In this document: positions 11,315 to 20,840 of the stretch, piece by piece
Layout: the number at the start of each line of letters is the position of its first letter
How positions within the stretch are numbered: the first letter of the stretch is position 1
Notes under the pieces: generated by a model
What the model was told of the DNA's origin: nothing
The model's database searches: none
The model's input: the letters and a program-made list of their open reading frames with translations, nothing else
Position numbers and translations under genes: made by a program
Source: a virus
Lineage: Duplodnaviria > Caudoviricetes
Length of the DNA: 54,330 nucleotides
Strand: one strand, 5' to 3'
IMG/VR virus record: IMGVR_UViG_3300044846_004207
Span: 1 to 54,330 of that record

Positions 11315-11831
11315 AATATCTTTAGACACTGAAAGAATGAAAGGTTTTGGAAATTACATTGTTGATAATTTTGAAGTAAACTACTTATTTGGTTTGAATG
11401 ACTTATGTGAAAAATATGTTAAAAAAAATTTTAAGATATTAGAACTTGGTTCAAACGAAGGTGTCAGCGCTAGACTATTTTCTTACTTTGCCGAAAAAGT
11501 TGTTTGTGTAGATTTAAATAAAACTAAATCGATGGATAAAGCAGTATCGAAACATAATAATATCATTTTTTACCATACATCATTTAAAAATTTTTTAGAA
11601 AATGATAAAAATAATGAATACGATTTAATTTACATTGATGGTGATCATGATTTCAAAAATGTAAATGAAGACATAGAATTTTTTAAAAGTAAAGTAAAAA
11701 AGGGTGGATACATATCTGGACACGATTGTAACTCAGAAACACCAGACGTTAGATTAGCAATTGAAACCCATTTTCCAAATGAGGAAATAATCTTGTTTTC
11801 AGATAGCTCTTGGTTAATTAAAATAACATAA
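11304..11831 (+). CDS. Class I SAM-dependent methyltransferase (Methyltransf_24-like)
   Basis: LELGSNEG, DLIYIDGDH, KKGGYISGHD. Confidence 0.85.
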   Translation: MENKISLDTERMKGFGNYIVDNFEVNYLFGLNDLCEKYVKKNFKILELGSNEGVSARLFSYFAEKVVCVDLNKTKSMDKAVSKHNNIIFYHTSFKNFLENDKNNEYDLIYIDGDHDFKNVNEDIEFFKSKVKKGGYISGHDCNSETPDVRLAIETHFPNEEIILFSDSSWLIKIT

Positions 11832-11848
11832 TAATAAAAATAATAAAA

Positions 11849-12418
11849 ATGTACGGAACAGAAAACAAAAAACATTTAGGTGGTTATATAATAAACTTAA
11901 CAGATCATGGAGATCCTAATTCATATTCTACGGAAGTATGGGATTGGATGATTAATAACGGTATAAAATCGATAATAGATGTTGGTTGTGGGGAAGGGCA
12001 TTCAACAAAATATTTTTTAGATAGAGGTGTCGACGCTATAGGGGTAGAAGGGGGTGAAAACGCATATAACAACAGTCCTGTCAAAAATAATTTGGTGTTA
12101 CATGATTACGTTGATGCTCCTTTTATACCAAAAAAAAAATATGATGCAGTTTGGTCTTGTGAATTTGTAGAACATGTTGAAGAAGTTTTTTCTGAAAACT
12201 TTTTAAAAACTTTCGATTTTGCCGATAAAATTTTTATGACACATGCGGTTGTTGGACAAGAAGGGTATCATCATGTAAATTGTCAGAACACAGAATATTG
12301 GATTGAAAAAATAGAAAAAAGAGGTTATAAGTATAACAATGATTTATCTATATATTTAAGAACCTTGACTGATAAAATACATGTGAAAAACACATTATTA
12401 GTGTTTGAAAAAATATGA
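11849..12418 (+). CDS. Class I SAM-dependent methyltransferase
   Basis: IDVGCGEG, EFVEH, GQEGYHHVN. Confidence 0.85.
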   Translation: MYGTENKKHLGGYIINLTDHGDPNSYSTEVWDWMINNGIKSIIDVGCGEGHSTKYFLDRGVDAIGVEGGENAYNNSPVKNNLVLHDYVDAPFIPKKKYDAVWSCEFVEHVEEVFSENFLKTFDFADKIFMTHAVVGQEGYHHVNCQNTEYWIEKIEKRGYKYNNDLSIYLRTLTDKIHVKNTLLVFEKI

Positions 12419-13064
12419 TATGAAATTAGATGATTTTATTAACATAGTAAAACCATTCACTATGACATCAGTTGAAAGAATCACTGGATTATATTATTCG
12501 TTGGAACATATAAGAATAAATAAAATTGAAGGTGATTTTGTAGAATGTGGTGTTTGGAAAGGGGGAAATGTTTTGGGTATATTAGAATATTTAACCAAAC
12601 ACAATATGACAAAAAATAATGTTTGGTTATACGACACCTTTGAAGGTATGACAGCTCCTGAAGATATTGATGTAGACTCAAGTGGTAAAAAGGGTGATAT
12701 TAAATTAGAAGAAGTGTTATGTTATTCTTCATTAAAAGAAGTTAAAAATATTTTATCTGTTTCTAGTTATCCAAAAGATAAAATTAAATTTATAAAAGGA
12801 GATGTTTGTGAAACATTAAAAACAAACGTAAACGTTCCGAAAAATATAAGTTTATTAAGATTAGACACTGATTGGTATAAATCAACAAAAAAAGAGTTAG
12901 AAGTATTATATCCACTATTGTCCTCAAAAGGAGTTCTAATTGTAGATGACTATGGACATTGGAAAGGTTCAAAAATGGCTGTTGACGAATATTTTAATAA
13001 TCTTAATTTGGATGTTGAAATACATAAACTTGACTATACTGGTATTAAAATAATTAAAGATTAA
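12405..13064 (+). CDS. TylF/MycF-family sugar O-methyltransferase (start may be the ATG at 12420)
   Basis: GDFVECGVWKGG, YDTFEG, RLDTDWY, DDYG. Confidence 0.92.
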   Translation: MKKYDMKLDDFINIVKPFTMTSVERITGLYYSLEHIRINKIEGDFVECGVWKGGNVLGILEYLTKHNMTKNNVWLYDTFEGMTAPEDIDVDSSGKKGDIKLEEVLCYSSLKEVKNILSVSSYPKDKIKFIKGDVCETLKTNVNVPKNISLLRLDTDWYKSTKKELEVLYPLLSSKGVLIVDDYGHWKGSKMAVDEYFNNLNLDVEIHKLDYTGIKIIKD

Positions 13065-13071
13065 TAAAATT

Positions 13072-13836
13072 ATGGGTGTAAGTATTGATAATTGGTTTGG
13101 TAGATTAGGTAATAATATTATACAACTAACCTCCGCTTTAAGCTTTTGTGAAAAGAATAAAACTAATTTAACAATACCAAAACATGATGTAATAACAAAA
13201 ACAGAAATAGATTTAAACGGTGAAAACAATTTAACGTACTCAAATTTATTTTGGGGTGATTATGTTTCAGATGATGAAAGACGAAAACTAGCTAAAAAAT
13301 ATATATTACCAATACTTAAACACAAAAACATTAATTTAACAGACAAAGATTTAATAATACATCTTAGGGGTGGTGATATCTTTAGCCATAACCCACCTAA
13401 AAATTATGTGCAAGCCCCCATATCGTATGTTGAAAAAATAATACAAACAGAAAACCCAAAAAATATAATAATAGTTTATGAAGATTTTTCAAACCCAAGT
13501 GTTAATTATCTAATAAATAATTATAAAAATATTGTTTTGGTTAATAATTTAATAGAAGGGATAAGTTATATTTTATCTGCAAAAAAAATAGTTATAACTG
13601 GAGTCGGAACATTTGCTAGAAGTTTGGTAATGTGTTCTAACAATATTGAAAAAGTTTTCGTACCATCTTTTTTAAAAAAAGATAATAATAATGATAACAC
13701 TCTTTATGATTATGATTGTTGTGTTGATTATTCAGATTTAGAAATAATAAAAATTAATATACCAAACTACTTAACAACCAATAGCTGGGAATGGAATAAT
13801 GAAATAAAAAATTTATATGTAACACATAAATTATAA
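13072..13836 (+). CDS. Second, divergent GT11-like fucosyltransferase
   Basis: GRLGNNIIQ, IHLRGGD, GTF motifs. Confidence 0.65.
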   Translation: MGVSIDNWFGRLGNNIIQLTSALSFCEKNKTNLTIPKHDVITKTEIDLNGENNLTYSNLFWGDYVSDDERRKLAKKYILPILKHKNINLTDKDLIIHLRGGDIFSHNPPKNYVQAPISYVEKIIQTENPKNIIIVYEDFSNPSVNYLINNYKNIVLVNNLIEGISYILSAKKIVITGVGTFARSLVMCSNNIEKVFVPSFLKKDNNNDNTLYDYDCCVDYSDLEIIKINIPNYLTTNSWEWNNEIKNLYVTHKL

Positions 13837-13867
13837 TAATTGATAACATTAAATTAAAAAATATATA

Positions 13868-14845
13868 ATGAAAAAAGCACTTATTACAGGAATTAATGGT
13901 CAAGATGGTTCCTACTTAGCCGAATTACTTTTAGATAAGGGATATGAGGTTTGGGGTACAGTAAAAAGAAATTCAGTATCAGAAACACAATCCAATAGAA
14001 TAGATCATTTAAGGGACTTTAATAAAGTAAATTTAGAATACGCCGATTTGACTGATATGGCATCTTTAATTAGAGTACTATCTTTAGTTCAACCAGACGA
14101 AGTGTATAATTTAGCAGCACAATCACACGTAAGAATATCTTTTGATCAACCAATTTATACCGCAAATGCAACAGGATTAGGTACGTTAAATTTATTAGAA
14201 GCAGTTAGGATGGTTTCACCACATTCCAAAATTTATCAAGCATCTTCATCAGAGATGTTTGGTAACAATATTGATATTGACAGTTACCAAAGAGAAACTA
14301 CCCCGATGAACCCTGTTTCTCCTTATGGTTGTGCCAAAGTATTTTCTTACAACATTTGTAAGAATTATAGAAATTCATACGGAATGAAAATTTGGAATGG
14401 TATTCTATTCAATCACGAATCACCAAGAAGAGGGACAAATTTTGTAACTAACAAAGTTGTTAAATCCGCTGTCAGAATCAAGTTAGGGTTACAAGATAAA
14501 CTACATTTAGGAAATCTTGACGCAACAAGAGATTGGGGGCACGCAAAAGATTATGTTAAGGCAATGTGGATGATGCTACAAACAGATACACCTGATGATT
14601 ACGTTTGTGCAACAGGAATATCACATTCGGTTAAAGATTTATGTGAATACACATTTACAAAATTAAATTTAGATTTTAAAGAATTTGTTGTTGTAGATGA
14701 AAAACATTTCAGACCCGAAGAATTACACGATTTAAAAGGTGACTCGTCAAAATTAAAAAATAAATTAGGTTGGATTCCTGAATACACATTTGAATCAATG
14801 TTAGACGAAATGATTCAATATTGGTTAGATTATTATGGAAAGTAA
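13868..14845 (+). CDS. gmd: GDP-mannose 4,6-dehydratase
   Basis: ITGINGQDGSYL, NLAAQSHV, QASSSE, SPYGCAK, FNHESPRRG. Confidence 0.97.
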   Translation: MKKALITGINGQDGSYLAELLLDKGYEVWGTVKRNSVSETQSNRIDHLRDFNKVNLEYADLTDMASLIRVLSLVQPDEVYNLAAQSHVRISFDQPIYTANATGLGTLNLLEAVRMVSPHSKIYQASSSEMFGNNIDIDSYQRETTPMNPVSPYGCAKVFSYNICKNYRNSYGMKIWNGILFNHESPRRGTNFVTNKVVKSAVRIKLGLQDKLHLGNLDATRDWGHAKDYVKAMWMMLQTDTPDDYVCATGISHSVKDLCEYTFTKLNLDFKEFVVVDEKHFRPEELHDLKGDSSKLKNKLGWIPEYTFESMLDEMIQYWLDYYGK

Positions 14846-15746
14846 GGTATTAATCACGGGCGGTAATGGTTTAGTTGGTTCCGAATTTAAAGGAGATATT
14901 TATTTCAAACCTACTTCTAAACAATTTGATTTGATTGATAAAAATCAAACATATAGTTTATTATTAAAAAATTTTGATAGTGTTATACATTGTGCGGCTA
15001 AAGTTGGTGGTATTGGTGGGAATATGAATTTTAAAGGAGAATTCTTTTATGATAATATAATGATGAACACAAATATTATTGAGGGATCAAGATTAACAGG
15101 TGTTAAGAATTTAGTTTGTTTTTTATCCACTTGTATCTTTCCTGATAATGTTGAATACCCGTTAACAGAACCAAAAATTCATTTAGGTCCTCCACATTTT
15201 TCAAATGATGCGTATGCTTACGCCAAAAGAATGGCTGATGTACAAATAAGAGCATATAAAGAGCAGTACGGTTTAAATTATAAATCGGTTATCCCAACTA
15301 ACATATACGGACCAAATGATAACTACAATTTAAAAAACGGACACGTAATACCTTCTTTGATACATAAATGTTACTTAGCAAGAGAAAATAAAACCGACTT
15401 TATTGTGTGGGGTAGCGGTAACCCAATGAGGGAGTTCATTTTTAGTAGAGACGTAGCAAAACTAACGGAATGGGTATTACATAATTACAACGAAAGTGAA
15501 CCAATAATACTATCAACGTCGGATGAAATATCAATAAAAGATGTGGTTGAAGTAATAATAGAGTTAATGAATTTTAAAGGTAACGTAACTTTTGACACCT
15601 CAAAACCTGACGGACAATTCAGAAAACCATCAGATAATTCAAAAATAAAAACATATTTACCTGATTTTAAATTTACATCATTATATGATGGTTTGAAAGA
15701 AACTATTGAATTTTTTGAAACTAACTATAATTTTATAAGAAAATGA
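14835..15746 (+). CDS. fcl: GDP-L-fucose synthase
   Basis: GGNGLVGS, AAKVGGI, LSTCIFP, YAYAKR, PTNIYGPND, WGSG-x-P-x-REF. Confidence 0.95.
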   Translation: MESKVLITGGNGLVGSEFKGDIYFKPTSKQFDLIDKNQTYSLLLKNFDSVIHCAAKVGGIGGNMNFKGEFFYDNIMMNTNIIEGSRLTGVKNLVCFLSTCIFPDNVEYPLTEPKIHLGPPHFSNDAYAYAKRMADVQIRAYKEQYGLNYKSVIPTNIYGPNDNYNLKNGHVIPSLIHKCYLARENKTDFIVWGSGNPMREFIFSRDVAKLTEWVLHNYNESEPIILSTSDEISIKDVVEVIIELMNFKGNVTFDTSKPDGQFRKPSDNSKIKTYLPDFKFTSLYDGLKETIEFFETNYNFIRK

Positions 15747-16168
15747 AAAAATTAGTTGGTATAACTTGTAGTACTTTTGACTTGTTACATTCAGGACACA
15801 TTTTAATGTTAGAAGAATGTAAAAAACATTGTGACTATTTAATATGTGCACTTCAAAACGATCCAACAATAGATAGACAAAACAAAAACAAACCAGTACA
15901 AACTTTAGTCGAAAGATTTATACAATTAGATGCTGTTAAATACGTAGATAAAATAGTCCCTTATAATACAGAATCGGAATTAGAGGAAATATTTAAATCA
16001 TTTGACATAGATGTAAGAGTAATTGGTTTTGATTATTTCAATAAAGATTTTACCGCCAAACAAATTTGTATAGATAGAGGGATTAAAATTGTCTATAACA
16101 AAAGAGATCACAATTATTCTACAACAAATCTTAGAAAAAAAATACATAAAATAGAAAACAAATTATGA
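15743..16168 (+). CDS. Glycerol-3-phosphate cytidylyltransferase-like (TagD-like)
   Basis: TFDLLHSGH HxGH motif, R-x-H-x-YSTT. Confidence 0.85.
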   Translation: MKKLVGITCSTFDLLHSGHILMLEECKKHCDYLICALQNDPTIDRQNKNKPVQTLVERFIQLDAVKYVDKIVPYNTESELEEIFKSFDIDVRVIGFDYFNKDFTAKQICIDRGIKIVYNKRDHNYSTTNLRKKIHKIENKL

Positions 16169-16902
16169 CAAGAAAAAAACCATTACCTCAAAATGAAGAA
16201 AGTGAAGTGAAACCATTTTCAAGAAAGGAATACATTAATTCTGTAATTAAGAAAAAACAAAAAAATAAATTTTTATCTCCTCATCAAGAAGAATATTATA
16301 ACATTTTAAAAGACAGTCAGATTACTATTTGTTCAGGTCCCGCAGGTGTAGGTAAGTCATATATAGCAATGAAAGCTGCTGTTGATTTGTTGATGGACTC
16401 AAGTAATTCGTATGAAAAAATAATTATTGTAAGACCTGCTGTGGAAGCAGAAGAAAAACTTGGTTCTCTTCCTGGAAATTTAGAAGAAAAATTAGACCCT
16501 TACATTTTTCCATCTTATTATCTATTAAATAAAATTATTGGAAAAGATGCTCGTGAAAAATTAAAAGACGCAGAAATTATCGAAGTATTTGCATTGGCAT
16601 ATATGAGAGGAATGAACATTGATAATTCTATTTTAATTTTTGAAGAAGCACAAAACGCAACACCAAATCAGATGAAATTACTATTGACAAGAATTGGTTA
16701 TAATAGTAAATTTTTTATATCTGGAGATTTAGAACAAACTGACAGATATAAGGACAAAAAACAGTCAGGTTTGTACGATGCTCTTCAAAGGTTTCAAAAT
16801 ATTAATGATATTGGTGTTTATGATTTCAGAAACGCTAAAAATGTTAGAAATCCTTTAATTGGTAAAATTCTTGAAAAATACGATGATGAGAATAGGAATT
16901 GA
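16165..16902 (+). CDS. phoH: PhoH-family ATPase
   Basis: GPAGVGKS, RPAVE, LPG, AYMRG, EEAQN, GDLEQ. Confidence 0.95.
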   Translation: MTRKKPLPQNEESEVKPFSRKEYINSVIKKKQKNKFLSPHQEEYYNILKDSQITICSGPAGVGKSYIAMKAAVDLLMDSSNSYEKIIIVRPAVEAEEKLGSLPGNLEEKLDPYIFPSYYLLNKIIGKDAREKLKDAEIIEVFALAYMRGMNIDNSILIFEEAQNATPNQMKLLLTRIGYNSKFFISGDLEQTDRYKDKKQSGLYDALQRFQNINDIGVYDFRNAKNVRNPLIGKILEKYDDENRN

Positions 16903-17536
16903 AGTTAATGGTGTTTTAAGAGATACTATCGGTAAGTTTAAACAATTGTATGAAAAACATATGATTGAAGAAAAAACAGATGATGGTGTGATTTCGTATG
17001 ATATTGATGAGTCAGGAAACACCACGCAAGTTTTACAGGAAGAAAATTTTACTTATGATATAATAAGTGATGTCACAACATTAGATTTGTCAAAACATTT
17101 TAAATTTAAAAACGAAGATGAGTTGTATTCTTTTATGTATGAAGATTTTGCAATGCAAATTTTTGGACATGCGGGTTCTACCGAAACATTTACATTCAAC
17201 GACTTAAACGAGTTTTATTTAAAAAATAGAGACAATTATGAAATTCTTATTGTGTCTGATGAAATTGGTAAATCAAAACCCGCCACGTTATTCTTTCTTT
17301 CAAAATTTGGATGTTTAATTGAAAAGATAAAATTTTACTCAAAATCAACAATTCAAGGTATGTGGGATGAAGTAGACATTTTACTTACAGCAAATCCTGA
17401 TTATATTACAAATAAACCAAAAGAAAAAACTATCGTAAAATTTACGACAGAATACAATAAAAATATCGAAACTGACTATGAAATTGACACATTAAAAGGG
17501 TTCGATGAAATAATACAAAAAATAACATTATGTTAA
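16883..17536 (+). CDS. HAD-fold protein with degenerate catalytic motif (5'-nucleotidase-like); likely start at ATG 16883/16886
   Basis: N-terminal IGIEVNGVLRD resembles the HAD IxIDxDGVLxD motif. Confidence 0.5.
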   Translation: MMRIGIEVNGVLRDTIGKFKQLYEKHMIEEKTDDGVISYDIDESGNTTQVLQEENFTYDIISDVTTLDLSKHFKFKNEDELYSFMYEDFAMQIFGHAGSTETFTFNDLNEFYLKNRDNYEILIVSDEIGKSKPATLFFLSKFGCLIEKIKFYSKSTIQGMWDEVDILLTANPDYITNKPKEKTIVKFTTEYNKNIETDYEIDTLKGFDEIIQKITLC

Positions 17537-17814
17537 AATTTTTAGGAGAAAATTATTATTTAGACATCGATGAAATTGAAAAAAGAGTAAGTTTCGAAGG
17601 TTCATCAATCACTAACGAAAATAGTACTGGTGGTACAGAACAACAAATTAGTGTTACTCGATATGAAATTATCAAAAGTATGATAGACGTTATACTAACA
17701 GAAAGAGAAGATATAGATGAAGGTTTAGGTGCACACGCAGGTAAAGATTTATCTATTCCCTTTAAAATTGCTTTTAATACATTGTTAATAAACCGCATAA
17801 TTATAAATTTATAA
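17530..17814 (+). CDS. Hypothetical protein
   Basis: Coupled ORF in the same operon, normal codon use. Confidence 0.7.
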   Translation: MLKFLGENYYLDIDEIEKRVSFEGSSITNENSTGGTEQQISVTRYEIIKSMIDVILTEREDIDEGLGAHAGKDLSIPFKIAFNTLLINRIIINL

Positions 17815-17819
17815 ATAAA

Positions 17820-18878
17820 ATGGAATTAGAAAAAATTCAAAAAATTGAACAGTCGGTATCAAACTTAGAAAATAAACAATCAAGAATTTATTTTTTAGTT
17901 CAGGATACAAAAGGTAACCCAAAAGCCAGTATAAGACACATTTATGACATCGCTCTTGTTTTAAGAAAACAGGGTTATAACAGTATTATCATGCACGAAA
18001 CAAGTGATTACAAAGGTGTTTCAGAATGGTTAGGAGAAGAATATATGGAACTACCTCATCAAGTTATTGAGGGACAAAACTTACCAATCTCACCTGAAGA
18101 TTTTGTTGTTATTCCTGAAATTTATGGGCACGTAATGGAACAAATTAAAAATCTTCCTTGTGGAAAAATTGTTCTTTGTCAGTCCTATGATTATATGTTA
18201 GAAACATTACCTCCTGGTGTAAGTTGGAGTCAGTATGGGTTTATTAAATGTATTACAACTTCAGAGTTTCAAAAAAAATACATTAATGAAATTATGAGAA
18301 ATGTGAGTATTGATGTTTTACCAATAAATATTCCTGACACATTTAGTAAAAAATCAAACCCATCAAAACCAATTATTGCAATTCACACAAGAGATCAAAG
18401 GGATACCGCAAAAATAATTAAAACTTTTTATCTTAAATACCCACAGTTTAGATGGATAACTTTTAGAGATATGAGAGGTATTACACAAAAAGATTTTGCA
18501 AACTTTTTAAAAGATTCTTTTGTGTCTGTTTGGGTTGATAATGAATCGGCGTTTGGTACTTTTCCTTTAGAATCTATGATAAGTGGGACACCTGTAATTG
18601 GAAAAATTCCTAACTTGAAACCTGATTGGATGTCAGAAAATAATGGTGTATGGACATATCAATTTAATGAAATTGTAGATATACTTTCTACATTTACTCA
18701 AAATTGGCTTGAAGATAACATTTCTGAAAATTTATATGAAGAAATGGGTAATACCGCAAAAGAGTTTCAGAATAGAGAATTATATGAAAATAATATTGTT
18801 AGTTTGTTTGAGTCATATTTCACAAAAAGATTGGAGTTATTTTCAGAACAATTAGAAAAAATAAAAGTATCACAATAA
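17820..18878 (+). CDS. GT-B fold (GT4-like) glycosyltransferase
   Basis: VIPE and ESAFGTFPLESMISGTPVIG. Confidence 0.75.
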   Translation: MELEKIQKIEQSVSNLENKQSRIYFLVQDTKGNPKASIRHIYDIALVLRKQGYNSIIMHETSDYKGVSEWLGEEYMELPHQVIEGQNLPISPEDFVVIPEIYGHVMEQIKNLPCGKIVLCQSYDYMLETLPPGVSWSQYGFIKCITTSEFQKKYINEIMRNVSIDVLPINIPDTFSKKSNPSKPIIAIHTRDQRDTAKIIKTFYLKYPQFRWITFRDMRGITQKDFANFLKDSFVSVWVDNESAFGTFPLESMISGTPVIGKIPNLKPDWMSENNGVWTYQFNEIVDILSTFTQNWLEDNISENLYEEMGNTAKEFQNRELYENNIVSLFESYFTKRLELFSEQLEKIKVSQ

Positions 18879-18886
18879 AAAATATT

Positions 18887-19696
18887 ATGGAAATGAATAA
18901 GTTTAATGTATCGGTAATTTTACCTATAAGTTCATCAAGTGTTAGAGATTTTGACTCACTTTTTGAAAGATGTATAAAATCAATTAAAAATCAAGTTGTT
19001 GAAGTTAATGAACTAATAATTGTACATTCTCAAGATGAAACTTTGAAAACAAAAATTAACTCTTTTGACTATGAGAATTTAAATGTTGTAAAAATAAAAA
19101 ATACAGGAGATATAGATTTCTCATCTCAAGTTAATTTAGGGGTTAAAAATGCAACCAGTAAATGGGTATCTGTTTTAGAATTTGACGACGAATACTCATC
19201 GATTTGGTTTAAAAACGTTAAACGTTTTGAAGAATCATATTCAGATGTCGATGTATTTTTACCTTTAGTTGTTGATACTGATGATAAGGGAGTTTTTGCT
19301 GGATTTACAAATGAAGCGACTTTTGCTGTAAGTATTAATTCTGAAATGGGTTATTTAACAAATGATTTATTACTTACTTACCAAAATTTTCAAACAAGTG
19401 GGATGGTAATTAAAAAATCATCGTATGAAAACAACGGAGGATTTAAACCATCAATTAAATTAACATTTGTTTACGAATTTCTTTTAAGGTTAACGTATAA
19501 TTCTGTAAAAATAATGACTATCCCAAGAATTGGTTACAAACACACAAATATGAGAGAAGGTTCTATTTTTTGGAATTATAAATTTAGTGATGAAAAAATT
19601 TCAGATGATGAGGTTACCTTTTGGTTGGAAACCGCAAAAAAAGAATATTTCTTTACGTCGGATAGAAATATAAAATTTGAACCTCAAGTGTCTTAA
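18887..19696 (+). CDS. Glycosyltransferase family 2
   Basis: VSVILP, CIKSIKNQ, NLGVKNA, EFDDEY. Confidence 0.8.
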   Translation: MEMNKFNVSVILPISSSSVRDFDSLFERCIKSIKNQVVEVNELIIVHSQDETLKTKINSFDYENLNVVKIKNTGDIDFSSQVNLGVKNATSKWVSVLEFDDEYSSIWFKNVKRFEESYSDVDVFLPLVVDTDDKGVFAGFTNEATFAVSINSEMGYLTNDLLLTYQNFQTSGMVIKKSSYENNGGFKPSIKLTFVYEFLLRLTYNSVKIMTIPRIGYKHTNMREGSIFWNYKFSDEKISDDEVTFWLETAKKEYFFTSDRNIKFEPQVS

Positions 19697-20442
19697 TGTT
19701 TGTATCTGGTGAAAATGAAACGATTAATATTGAATTAAAAAAGACGAATAAAGTAAAAAAAAATAATTACTTTGATGTTCGTGAAGAGCAGGCAGTGAAA
19801 GATTACATTTTATCTGACTCTCGTGAAGAAAAAGAATTTATCTATAACACATATCTTCGAGAACCATTGAACAAGATGATTGAATCAATTATTCGAAGAT
19901 ATAAGTTATATAGGAAAGATATGAATTTTGATGATAATCATTCTGATACTCATTCCTTTCTTATGACAAAAGTCGATAAATTTAAACCCGCTAAGAATAA
20001 AAAGGCATATTCTTATTTTGGTACTATTTGTAAAAATTATCTTATGGGGCAAATCCAAAAAGAACAAAAAGATACAAATAGAAAAATTTCTTACGAGGAT
20101 ATTTCATCGGCGTTAGAAAATCGTCCTGATATGATTTATTATTTGGAATTTGAAAAAATTGATGCCGAAAAAATAATTGATAAGTTTTTGGATGATTTAA
20201 GAATTTATGTTCGTAACAAAATAGACAACGAGAATGAACTGAAATTGGGTCACGCTTTAATAGAACTTTTTGATAACTACGGTAATATTTTTATAGGAAA
20301 CGATAATAACAAATTCAATAAAAATATTGTTTTATTGTCACTAAGAGAAATGACGAATTTAAACACAAAAGAAATTAGAATATATCTTAAAAAATACAAA
20401 ACACTTTATTTAGATACTCTTAAAAGAATTCATAATTCATAA
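19696..20442 (+). CDS. Phage late-transcription sigma factor (T4 gp55-like)
   Basis: N-terminal NYFD and region-2-like KFKPAKNKKAYSYFGTICKN; precedes structural genes. Confidence 0.65.
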   Translation: MFVSGENETINIELKKTNKVKKNNYFDVREEQAVKDYILSDSREEKEFIYNTYLREPLNKMIESIIRRYKLYRKDMNFDDNHSDTHSFLMTKVDKFKPAKNKKAYSYFGTICKNYLMGQIQKEQKDTNRKISYEDISSALENRPDMIYYLEFEKIDAEKIIDKFLDDLRIYVRNKIDNENELKLGHALIELFDNYGNIFIGNDNNKFNKNIVLLSLREMTNLNTKEIRIYLKKYKTLYLDTLKRIHNS

Positions 20443-20455
20443 ATGATAAAATAAA

Positions 20456-20462
20456 TATTTAT
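20456..20462 (+). promoter_or_regulatory. Putative late promoter TATTTAT
   Basis: Recurrent motif, 4 nt upstream of ATG 20467. Confidence 0.5.
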
Positions 20463-20466
20463 TATT

Positions 20467-20838
20467 ATGAACAGAGCAAGAAAAAAAGAAATAACACTCA
20501 ACAAAGATTCGGTATTGAGTTTAATGCAAGAAATTTATAATGAACTTGTAGAACAAAGAGCAACCGCTTTAAGAATACAAAATAAGATGTTATCGCTTCT
20601 TAAAGATCCCGAAGATATGACAGTAATCGGTCCGGTTATTAAGGAACAACAAAAAATCATTAATGATACCATTGAAAAAAAATTAACTCTTTCTAAGTTA
20701 CAATCCACAATTTGGGAAAAAAGTAATAGTAGTAAAGAAGAATCTTTTACTTTAAGTGATTTTGATGACGATATGTTACAAAATTTAATCAAAAAAGATG
20801 TAGATAAAAATAACGATGAAAAATATACTTTAGATTAA
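20467..20838 (+). CDS. Hypothetical coiled-coil protein
   Basis: ORF with heptad-like segments; preceded by the late motif. Confidence 0.7.
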   Translation: MNRARKKEITLNKDSVLSLMQEIYNELVEQRATALRIQNKMLSLLKDPEDMTVIGPVIKEQQKIINDTIEKKLTLSKLQSTIWEKSNSSKEESFTLSDFDDDMLQNLIKKDVDKNNDEKYTLD

Positions 20839-20840
20839 TT

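Noticed and set aside
1375-16168. Bacterial O-antigen/capsule locus (host DNA)
   Set aside because: No wzx/wzy/wzm or initiating transferase; gene-coupled continuity with dut, phoH and the phage sigma/structural genes.
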